NCBI GenBank assembly: GCA_030324005.1
Contig: JARDVH010000106.1
Location: 49,098,304 to 49,162,303, forward strand
DNA: 64,000 bases
Origin: Negaprion brevirostris
Lineage: Eukaryota
Reading direction: 5' to 3'
The notes beneath the pieces are model-generated. The model was not told where the DNA came from. It ran no database searches and was given only the letters and a program-made list of their open reading frames with translations. Made by a program: the position numbers and the translations under genes. Shown here piece after piece: positions 48,021 to 58,976 of the stretch. Positions within the stretch are counted from its first letter, which is position 1; the number at the start of each line of letters is the position of its first letter.

Positions 48021-51000
48021 TGTGTAGCAGCCAGTGCTGCCAAAAAATCAAGAACATTGCAAAGGCAAATAGAGATTTGATCATGAACCACAAGTGCCAA
48101 CTTACAGAATTTCAACTCTCTGGAGAGAAAATGTACTTATGTTTTATAGACCAGCAGGTAAAGGACCAAGGGGAAAAGGCCACCAAATTACTAATAGTAA
48201 CGAGGGTCTAATGTATGTAAACTCCTCTGGTCTATCTGATGAAGACTAGGACAAACTCTTCAAGCTCATCAAAGACATCTAAAAGTTCAAGTCAAATTTA
48301 AATTTCCAGGCTGGAGTTCATGTTGCAACAACAACAGCCAGTGAAAGTATTGATCAATTTATAACAGGTCCCGGTGCAAAGGAGCTGAATACAACTTCAA
48401 TGCTGATGACCTTGTTGAGATGCCAGATCCTCAGAAGGAACCATTGGCATATTTGCATCACGCATAATGAACCACAGGTGGACCAGACTTGCAAAGTCTC
48501 TTGACACAGAGTCTTATTTCAGTCACAGAGGACCACACGAGAACCAGCACAATGAAACCAGATGAATTTGCAGTGAACAACAAAGAAACACCAGCTGCGA
48601 ATGCAAAACCACAGAACATCATAACAGCACTCTGATAAGTACATGAGAACAAGATGGAGTTGCATCATGCAACCGCTAAAATGTTATCTTCATCCGTGAA
48701 GATTATGCCTTAATTCAATCTTGTTATGCTTGATAGTCACACTTATGTCTGATCTCAAGTTTTACTATTTGTCCAAAGGGAAAAAGGGGGATGTCCTTTA
48801 TATTGTATGTATGTCGATGCAAACAATGACATATACTTTGTTGCATAGTGACAGCACTATGATGTTAACATGCGCACAGCTAGAACATAAGTGGTACAAC
48901 TTCCATGTTAGGTATACACGATTGCCTGTGATTCCTATTGCAGATGTTCACTGCTGTCTGTGACTCTCCATCAGTGAGACTTCAGGTATGTCTTATGAAT
49001 CAGGCATACAGTCAAGTAATTAACCTATGTGACTGTTAGGACCCAGGTTAGATCATGGTCTGTCCAGAATTGTTCTTATGATAAACTTCATGTACTTGTA
49101 TTCAACCAGAATCCTTGTCATTATCCATATCTTGCTTATCATAGACAACATCTCAACAGATCCCTTGAAACCTATATCGCGGTCCATAATAAAAATGGTG
49201 ACAGCAGAGATCACAATAGCAGGTATTTACTCTAATACCTAAAAATTACCCGCCACACAATTTTCAACCACTTCTTGCTGATTTCCCAACAGGTAGAAAG
49301 TGAATCAGGGAGATTTAAATGATACCTGTGAGTTAACATTCTCCAACGTGTGTCTGGACAAGATGGTGAACTTGGACCATTGTCTGATTGCCCGGAGTTA
49401 AAATTAGGTGTTAAGCTGCACTTTTTNNNNNNNNNNNNNNNNNNNNNNNNNNNNNNNNNNNNNNNNNNNNNNNNNNNNNNNNNNNNNNNNNNNNNNNNNN
49501 NNNNNNNNNNNNNNNNNNNNNNNNNNNNCCCTGGCATGTGAAAACCGGATTGATACCCTCCAATTTTTCTTGATATGGAATTCCGACAGTCTTTCAGAAA
49601 GCAGATAATGGCCAGTCTGATGGTAGTGGGTTATCGTTGATATTTGCTTACAAAGTCAGCAAGCAAATATTGGAATTTCAATGCACCCAATCAATGTTAG
49701 ATTTAAATCCAAGGCCCCTATTGTAAAAGAGCAACTTCTAGTATACTTACGATCATAATTTCATGACTTTTTATTTTCGAAGGTTGAATAAATAGCAGTG
49801 GGAATTTTATGCATTAGTAGAATTTTGTTTTCATAATTATGCCAATGCATGTTTTGAGAAATAAATATTTTGCGAGTCCTGCGATTGCTGTGTTGTTCTT
49901 GCCTGTTTACATACTGACTACTAGCGTAAATGTTGGGGCAAAAATGGAGAGTGACCCCGTTTCTTAACAACCCTTGATGATTGCTGTTTTGGACAATTAC
50001 CACCCTTTGCACAAAATGTTTCATATTATCTTTTCTATGTAATAATGTCCTGAAGCAATATTGCTCTGTGAAGGCAACAGTGATATAAATCATGCATGTA
50101 AGCATTTCAGTTCATTTTTTATTCATTCGTGGGAGGTTGGCTTTCCTGGTTGGGCCACAATTTATTGCCCATCCCTAATTGCTCTTGAGAAGGACATTTA
50201 TAAGTTTTAAACTGAAATGATTAACTCTACCTGCACATTTCAAAACACAAATATAGATTGTATAATGTTCCAAGTCATGCAGCAATGATGTAATGTTTTG
50301 AAATTGGCTGTAAGGGCCATAGCCATTTTCACACATTGCGTTTGCATTGTACAATATTTTACATCAAAGGCAATGGTTTCAATGGGAAATAAAAGAATGC
50401 TCCAAACTGAAATCCACTGCCATAATAAATACTATTTTAAAGTGTCCTGTAGGAATGAAAATTGTATGTTGCTTCTGCATGTCAGCATGTGCCCTGAAGT
50501 GCTGTGGAAAACCAAGGCAATGTACAATCGCTATCAAGGCTGTATAACACCTCATGATCAGTAATATTATGTAGTGAGACAGTCCACTTACAGTATTGCT
50601 GCTGGTGGCAGCAAGGTTAACCAATAGAGAGCTGTTTAAGGAAGATCTGAGCCCCACTGAGAGAATGTGGTAGCACTAGTCTCTTGGGAGGTAATTCAGC
50701 AACTGGTTAGATTATTAATGTTGTTGGAGGTAGAAGGGGCTACTTTTTCTCTGGCTGCTGAGGCCCAAATAATAAAGCTTGGCTCCCTGTCTGCCTGCCT
50801 ACACAATAAGTTGGCACTTTCCACAAAACATTTTATTGTGCCAAACAATTTGGAATGTTGTGATATGAAGCGCATTCAATAAATGTCAGCAATTCTTTTA
50901 TTAAAAAAAAGGTTTTTTGTTGGCTGTCAGTGCGGAAGCTTCTCAACCATTAAGGAAGGCGTTGTGTGGTCAGAAACAAAACAACAAACCTCAAGTTATT

Positions 51001-51361
51001 AAAAATAATTGTGCATGGTCAGTGTTTCCCGGGTTACCCTTGTTGCTGTGGGATCTGGTTTGTAATGTAAATGGTGCAGTTAGCGGCCAAACCTCAGGCA
51101 GCTTGAGCAGTTGCTTGAAGAAGCAATGCTAAAACATAAAAACAACATTAGTGACTCAACTGAAAGCCACCAAAACCCACCCCACATGTTATCACATAAT
51201 CTTAGATGTTGAACCTGGAGCATTGTATATCTTCTTGCAGCTATATTACAGAATATTCTGTGAGGTTGCACTGCTATTGAGGTCCAATTTTGAAATACAA
51301 AATACTGCATGTGAAGTGAACCTAGGTTTTCTCCTCTCATTTTCCAAACTCTAAATATATT

Positions 51362-51478
51362 GGGCGGCATGGTAGCACAGTGGTTAGCACTGCTGCTTCA
51401 CAGCTCCAGGGACCTGGGTTCGATTTCCAGCTTGGCTCACTCTCTGTGTGGAGTTTGCACGTTCTCCTCGTGTCTGTG
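51362..51478 (+). mobile_element. V-SINE 5' part running into a gap
   Basis: GGGCGGCATGGTAGCACAGTGGTTAGCACTGCTGC head and B-box. Confidence 0.9.
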
Positions 51479-52041
51479 NNNNNNNNNNNNNNNNNNNNNN
51501 NNNNNNNNNNNNNNNNNNNNNNNNNNNNNNNNNNNNNNNNNNNNNNNNNNNNNNNNNNNNNNNNNNNNNNNNNNNNNNNNNNNNNNNNNNNNNNNNNNNN
51601 NNNNNNNNNNNNNNNNNNNNNNNNNNNNNNNNNNNNNNNNNNNNNNNNNNNNNNNNNNNNNNNNNNNNNNNNNNNNNNNNNNNNNNNNNNNNNNNNNNNN
51701 NNNNNNNNNNNNNNNNNNNNNNNNNNNNNNNNNNNNNNNNNNNNNNNNNNNNNNNNNNNNNNNNNNNNNNNNNNNNNNNNNNNNNNNNNNNNNNNNNNNN
51801 NNNNNNNNNNNNNNNNNNNNNNNNNNNNNNNNNNNNNNNNNNNNNNNNNNNNNNNNNNNNNNNNNNNNNNNNNNNNNNNNNNNNNNNNNNNNNNNNNNNN
51901 NNNNNNNNNNNNNNNNNNNNNNNNNNNNNNNNNNNNNNNNNNNNNNNNNNNNNNNNNNNNNNNNNNNNNNNNNNNNNNNNNNNNNNNNNNNNNNNNNNNN
52001 NNNNNNNNNNNNNNNNNNNNNNNNNNNNNNNNNNNNNNNNN

Positions 52042-52290
52042 GTGAAAATCCCTGAGTCGCCACACTCCGGCACCTGTCCAGGTGTACTGAAGGAGAATCT
52101 AGCATGGCCAATCCTACCCTGTACATCCTTGGACTGTGGGAGGAAACTGGATAACCTGGAGGAAACCCATGCAGACACAGGGAGAACGTGCAGATTCTGC
52201 ACAGACAGTGACCCAAACCAGGAATTGAATCCCAATCCCTGATGCTGTGAGGCAGCAGTGCTAATAACTATTTGTGCCACCTTGCCACCC
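52042..52290 (-). mobile_element. V-SINE with alternative tail
   Basis: GTGAAAATCCC..GTCGCCACACTCCGGCACCTGT tail plus V-domain and head. Confidence 0.9.
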
Positions 52291-53609
52291 ATGTTAAATT
52301 CGATCACATTAAAGTAGGAGTAATAGAGCTTTCACCACTGTATAAGTTATGATTATTGCTGAACAACCGACCTGACCCTGAAAAAGAAACTGTTGTACAA
52401 ATTTCACTCCCTCATCTGAAAATTTAAATGTTGTCAATTTTTAAAATGTTTGCATATATATGTGTTTGTGTGTTATATTTTACGATTTAAATTTCATCCT
52501 TAATCCTTTGTGTATGTCTCAAACTTTATTTTGTTTCCTACACCGTGAGTTAAACATGATTTATTCCCATGTTTCATACTTTATGCTTTGCCAGTTGTGA
52601 GAATTCTTCAATCTGATTGGCAGATTGACCAGTCTGCTGCTTTTCTTTTGCTGCCAGGCCACAGATTCCCTAAACTCCGAGAAAACTTTTTCTCATTCGT
52701 CAAAGGCAAGCTTGGCCTTTGCTGCTGACCACAGAATTCTAACCATTAACTGAATCGGCAAGAATTTAAACATTGACAGGCTCTGTAAATATAACAACGA
52801 CATCAAAATTTATGTAATTAAAGGGCAGTTTAATGGTATAATTAATTACATCAATTAATTAGGTCATTATGGTTAGCAGACTATTTAGAAATTAATTTCC
52901 AACTGTAATGTGGGGTTTGTCCAGTGTCTTGTCAAGAATCATTAATTTTAAGGTTATGACCACAGATCATTAATGCAAAACATTTTTAACAAATGCAGAC
53001 TACATCATTAAAAGAATTTTACTTAATAAGAAAGCATGAACACTTATAGAATCTAGTTTTGGAATTAATATTATGTATTATCTATATATTTACAGACTCC
53101 AACACTTTGAAAGTAACTTGACAGCTGCATGTCATTTTGAATCTTTTTTTCAATCTCATATTTAGCAAAATAGATTTCAGAAAATAAATCCAATGCCCAA
53201 AGTAGAACCTTTTGCTATCACAGGTTTAATCCTATTGACAGAGAACTTTTATATTTATTTTGCCTCTAGCACAGAAATATAAACAGACCTATTGTCTATG
53301 TGTGCTACAATCTATTACTGATATGCAACTGTATGTTGTTCTGAAAAATCACTGCCGATATGATTTGCAGATTGACAATTTATTCCATCTCCTTCCACTA
53401 GATCCAAAAGTTATTAATGTGCCCTAGCAAGAACTGGATTGTTGTCAATAAGAATCCTGACCGTTGATTGCATGCTTAATGCACAAAGGCAAAACTGATA
53501 TATTTGCTTTTTTCACTGAATTATTATGGGTGAGTTCCATGACTGACAGCAAAGAAGATTGGCATTGTAACAGCATGTATGATTGCTGGTAATCATTTTC
53601 TCAACAAAG

Positions 53610-53911
53610 TTATTTGTTATTGTCACAAGTAGTCTTACATTAACATTTCAATGAAGTTACTGTGAAAATCCCCTGGTTGCCACACTTTGACACTTGTTCA
53701 GGTACATTGAGGGAGAATTTAGCATGGCCAGTGCACCTAACAGCAAGTTCTTTGGACTCTGAGAGGAAACTGGAGCACCCAGAGGAAACCCATGGAGACA
53801 TGGGAGGAAATGTACAAACTCCACAATGACAGTGACCCAAGCTGGGAATTGAACCAGGGTCCCTGGTACTGTGAGGTAGCAGTACTGACCACTGTGCCTC
53901 TGTGCCACCCC
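53610..53911 (-). mobile_element. V-SINE with alternative tail, full length
   Basis: Tail reverse complement TTCACAGTAACTTCATTG..TTAATGTAAGACTACTTGTGACAATAACAAATA; head TGTGCCACCCC. Confidence 0.9.
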
Positions 53912-54680
53912 ATAATGAGAACGCTTCAAAATAATTTTGTGGAAAAAAATTGATTTGTAAAATTTTTCTTAGGGGAAAATAATACAATTTCTTTCCTGAA
54001 AAGATCATAAGTTTATGTCTGTGGTTTGGATGGACTGTGCTGAACTATAAACAAACTGCAAAGTACTACTACCTTGAGTAACCCTAATTCCCCATGCCAA
54101 AAAAAAAATCCATATCTACAGCTACTCTAATTATTTATGTCATTGATGAATGATCCTTATTCCCACAAATATTAGCACCACTATTATTGAAATCAAAATA
54201 CCTTTCTTCTAATGCAGTATGTTATCCCAGATTAATGCTCGTTCATCTATCAGTCAGATTGCTTTATGTTCTTTTGGAAAAATATTAGAAAACCTATTTG
54301 ACTAAATCATTTTATGATAAAATGTCAAAGCCAAAAGGTATGCTGATCTTTAGAAATCATCAGAGAACACGAAGTCAAAATTAATATCTGTTTAAAAATG
54401 AATTTAAGCATTTCCATTGGGAAATTATCTCATTACGCAGCCATTGTTTATTCATTATTGCAATTGCCTGGGTGTGTCAGTCTCTGCATTAAGTGGTCTG
54501 CAGGGAAAGGATTTTGGGGTGATTATGAGATGTCTGGCTTGTATAATCTGTCAGTAAAATGTAAACAATACCACTGAACAGGATTAATGACTTGCTGTTG
54601 CTGTGGAAGGCCATTTGTATAAACGTGTATAAGAATATTCATTTAAATTGAGTTATTGAATCAGAATCATGATTTCAAAA

Positions 54681-54898
54681 TAAAAGCAAATTACTGCAGA
54701 TGCTGGAATCTGAAACAAAAACAGAAAATGCTAAAAAATCTCAGCAAGTCTGAAAGCTTCTGTGGAGACAGAACAGAGCCATCGTGTCGAGCCTGGGTAG
54801 CTCTGACAAAGAGTCATTCGGACTCACAACATTCATTCTGTTTTCTCTGCACGGATGCTATCGGATCTGCTGAAATGTTCTATCATTTTCTTTTTGTT
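54681..54898 (+). mobile_element. Complete palindromic Penelope-type hammerhead element with 14-bp TSD
   Basis: TSD TCATGATTTCAAAA at 54667-54680 and 54899-54912. Inverted arms surround CTGACAAAGAGTCATTCGGACTC (decayed hammerhead core with intact stem II GAGTC/GACTC). Confidence 0.82.
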
Positions 54899-55555
54899 TC
54901 ATGATTTCAAAACGTTACTAAAATTTAACAGTATTACCAATGATGCCATTTGAAGTATGTAAGCAAATTAAGTAATGCGCAAGCATTGAAGGGCGTGTAG
55001 AAACAGACCAAGTTTGTCACTGTCTCGTTGTAATTTTCTACAAAGGAAGTTAAAATTCAAAACTGATATAAACCTTGGCTGCAAAATTGGGCTCAGTAAC
55101 NNNNNNNNNNNNNNNNNNNNNNNNNNNNNNNNNNNNNNNNNNNNNNNNNNNNNNNNNNNNNNNNNNNNNNNNNNNNNNNNNNNNNNNNNNNNNNNNNNNN
55201 NNNNNNNNNNNNNNNNNNNNNNNNNNNNNNNNNNNNNNNNNNNNNNNNNNNNNNNNNNNNNNNNNNNNNNNNNNNNNNNNNNNNNNNNNNNNNNNNNNNN
55301 NNNNNNNNNNNNNNNNNNNNNNNNNNNNNNNNNNNNNNNNNNNNNNNNNNNNNNNNNNNNNNNNNNNNNNNNNNNNNNNNNNNNNNNNNNNNNNNNNNNN
55401 NNNNNNNNNNNNNNNNNNNNNNNNNNNNNNNNNNNNNNNNNNNNNNNNNNNNNNNNNNNNNNNNNNNNNNNNNNNNNNNNNNNNNNNNNNNNNNNNNNNN
55501 NNNNNNNNNNNNNNNNNNNNNNNNNNNNNNNNNNNNNNNNNNNNNNNNNNTCCTT

Positions 55556-56774
55556 TGGCAAAAATTTCCCTTTTTGAGACTAAGTGCAATAGAGGTTCTG
55601 GTAGTGCCTGTCTAACCAATCAGGAAAACTGGAACCTATGCTCTTGGAACCTCATTAATTATGTGCAAGCATGCCCCCCTCCAAGTTAGCTGGTGAGCCA
55701 GCAACTAATTCGTCCACCCACTATCAGCTGGCAGTTCGAAGCTCCCAGTGCCATATTTAAATACCAATCCGACACACTCATATCACTCTCTCCAGCCCAC
55801 CTACCTTCACCAAACCATGCAGGGTGTTAACAACTTAAAGGGAGAAGGTTAGCTGTCACAGAAGGAAATCTGTCCCTGGATTCAATTACCTGCCTTCTGA
55901 GCCCATCACCTGCAAGGAGCCCATGCCCTGCTTGGATTTCTAACTAACACATCCGGTGTTTTCGTACATCCCCTTCCAGTAAACATGTGATATCCTATTG
56001 ACCTCCTTATTGTGAGATTTTTATGCAACTTTGTTGGTCTTCCCTCTGGTTTCCATTGTTCGTCATCCTCATCTAACCTCCTTGCTCTTTCGCATTCTAT
56101 CATGAGCCCTTGTCTACCTTCCCCACTCTTTGCATTGTTCTCCTTCCATATTGACCCCATGACTTTGTAAGATCACATCCCACCTCTGGCCTCACCTTGC
56201 ACCATAACCCAAGTTGAACTTTAAACGTTTGTTGTGGTGGCCGCACGAATCTACCACTGGTATGTGACACCAGGTGGGTAGAAGAGCCCTGTACCAGACA
56301 CAATACTGATCCGATATGGTGACACAGGGGGGTCCATGGGTGCAGCAGCATGGTGCTGTCCTTGAAGGCCAGCTCAGGATAGAGATGGAGAGCAGGAACC
56401 ATCTGCCCCGGTGGAATGGTACAGCACATCAGGAGCAGCACAGGACTCTGACAAGAAGTTGCTGCATTTACCCCAAGGCATCTTGCAGACTGAGGACTGC
56501 CTTATGCACATGATTCATTATCAATCGAGTTTGAAGTTGACATGATTTCCAGCTGGTGTGACGGAAGATTGGAAGGCCTGACTGGCTGCCAATGGACAAC
56601 TGTTTTAATAAGTGTTCATAAGATGCAAACGAATGCAAATAGAACTCACACCACTAGCCAGTGAGAAGGCCGTTCCACCATTGGAAGAATTGCAGGATGA
56701 TTTATACAGTTAGGGTTCGGACATTTTAGCTCCTGGTTGATTCATCGCACAGGCAGGTTAGGAAAATTTTGCCC
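55556..56774. mobile_element. PIF/Harbinger-type deleted DNA transposon
   Basis: TIRs (T)GGCAAAATTTCCC / GGAAAATTTTGCCC; 3-bp TSD CTT on both sides; GC-richer decayed interior. Confidence 0.7.
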
Positions 56775-57099
56775 CTTAAGTTGTAGCATTAAAAGTAGAT
56801 GGAGCTGAGACAGCAAAAAAGACTAAATGTTTTGTTCATAGGTGAAAGGGACTGTCACTGTGGCTTCAGTACTGAGAATCTAAATCCAAAATTTAATATT
56901 TTTTTGAATTGAACATATGAATTTAGGCAATTGTTTGTTCAGTTATTGAATGCATGGGCATAGAATCATATAGTATAGACAGCCTGTCATACCTGGGTAA
57001 GCTCCTTGTAGCAATTAGTCCTACTCCTCTGCCCTTAATCTTTAGTTATTTAATTAGCAGTTCATACATTTCCTTTTCTGATATATATGTATTTTGAAG

Positions 57100-57850
57100 G
57101 CACTTAAATGTGAAATGGCCTGTATCCTCCCCAGAACTCCGCTGACATCAACAATGGCCAATTACTGCCCCATCAGTCTACTCTTGATCATCAGTAAAGT
57201 AATGGAAGTAGTCATCAAGCGGCACTTACCCAGCAGCAACCTGCTGACAGATGCTCTGTTTGGATTCTGCCAGGGTCACTCAGCCCCTGCTTCGTTACAG
57301 CCTTGCTTCAAATATGGACAAAAGAACTGAACTCCAGAAGCGAGGGTGGCTGCCTTAGACATCACAGACTGTCCTTGACATCGAGGTTGCATTTGACAGA
57401 GTGTGGTATGAAGGAGCCTTAGCAAAACTTGGTGAAAACTCTCTTCTGGTAGGAGACACAAGGGAAGTTGGTTGTAGTGGTTGGATGTCAGCTGTCTCAA
57501 CTTCAGGACATTACTGCAGGGTTCCTCAGGGTTGTATCCTAGGAACTCACCAAGGCTTTTTTAAACAGCACCTTCCAAACCTATGAGCGCTACAATTCAG
57601 AAAGACAAGTGCAGCACCTGGAAGTTTCACTCCAATTCGCTCACCAATCCTGACTGGGAAATTTATCACCATTCCTTCATTGTCACCAGGTTAAAATTCT
57701 GGAACTCCCTCCCTAACAGCATTGCTAGTGTACCTTCAGCATAGGGACTGCAACAGTTCAAGAAGACTGCTCACCATCACTTTCTCGAGGGCAATTAGGA
57801 GCAGGCAATAAATGCTGGCCTAGCCAATACACTCAATCCCATGAATAAAT
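57100..57850 (+). mobile_element. Deleted 3' copy of the tRNA-headed CR1-clade LINE family, inserted in an old CR1
   Basis: ANYCPISLLLIISKVME..FGFCQGHSAP; tail GGGCAATTAGG..AATAAATGCTGGCCTAGCC..CCCATGAATAAAT. Confidence 0.85.
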
Positions 57851-58659
57851 TTAAACAATTTACATTAAGTGAATAAATTTGAATCGTATTTTCATGTTTA
57901 AACCTTCCATCTTCTCTTATTTAAGTAAGAGGCCCCTGGTTCTCACATTCCTGCAATTATATATTTTCAAGGTTTTCATTCCATACCTATTTTGAACGCT
58001 TGAATAATACTTGAACTGCACTTTATCTTCTCCAGGGTAAACAATCCCAGGCTCTTTAACATTTTCTTGATTGGTCAAATGCTTTAAGCAAACTTTCAGT
58101 TTTCTGTGCTGCCTTCGACACTCTGAATATTCCTGCACAATAACCAGAATTGTATATAGTGCCACAATCGAATAACCGTCAGCTCCTCAGATTTATCTAC
58201 TTTTCGATCTATCCTGATCCCTTTTCATTTGGTTTGCCTGTTTCCTATTCTGCAAACTCCTCCCCCTTTGCAATTTGTCAATTTTATTTCTGTTCCAGCT
58301 ATCTTGTAAATGGTGATGCTCCTGTTATGCCTATTTTATGATTCATTGTTATTCCCAAACAGCCTCAGCCCTTTTCTGGATTACCCCATTTTTAATCCAT
58401 TTTTGTGCTTGTATTCGATTCCATGCTTCGTTACCCTGTGAACTAATTACTTGTACGGCAGGATAACTGATGCTGTGCTGAAATCCAAGTATTTTGCCTT
58501 CACAGAAGAGCCACTGTCACTGAGATTTTTCATTTCGTTAAAGGACTCCTGTAGGAAATTTTGGATCAGACTTTTTTCTCTGTAAAGCTATGTTGATTCT
58601 TTATTAGTGTACTATGTCAATTTAAGTGTGTAGACCATTAGTTCCACTTTTTTAAAAAA

Positions 58660-58976
58660 CGGTGGCATAGTGGTTAGCACTACTGCCTCACAGATTTGAT
58701 TCCAGCATTGGGTGACTGCGTGGAGTTTGCACTTTCTCTCCATGTCGGCATGGGTTTCCTCCGGGTGCTCTGGTTCCTTACCACAGTCCAAAGATGTGCA
58801 GGTTAGGTGGATTGGCCATACTAAATTGTCCCTTAGTGTCCCTGGATATGTAGGTTAGAAATATTAGCAGGGTAAATACATGGGTTCATGAGGTTGGGAC
58901 CTGGTTAGGATGATCTGTGAAAGAGCCAGTACAGTCTCAGTGGACCAAATGGCCTCCTGCACAATAGGAATTCTAT
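58660..58976 (+). mobile_element. HE1 V-SINE
   Basis: CGGTGGCATAGTGGTTAGCACTACTGCCTCACAG, V-domain, HER1-type tail. Confidence 0.9.

Larger units (their letters stand above)
42148..49215 (+). mobile_element. Internally deleted Gypsy-type LTR retrotransposon with two diverged LTRs, interrupted at 43415-48020
   Basis: LTR1 42148-~42545 and LTR2 48792-~49190 share GCAGATGTTCACT, AGTCAAGTAAT, ATAAACTTCATG and TTCAACCAGAA. PBS TGGTAGCAGTGATCG (42567, tRNA-iMet-like). PPT AAAGGGAAAAAGGGGGA before TG at 48792. Gag-like (ESIDQFIT) and integrase-tail-like (ILRRN..HI; RTRW..QP) remnants at 48100-48690. Confidence 0.8.

Noticed and set aside
51337-52307. Long ORFs (220-307 aa) in all six frames
   Set aside because: Read-through across a 563-N gap; the flanks are SINE sequence.
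54968-55689. 187-204 aa ORFs
   Set aside because: Almost entirely N-gap.
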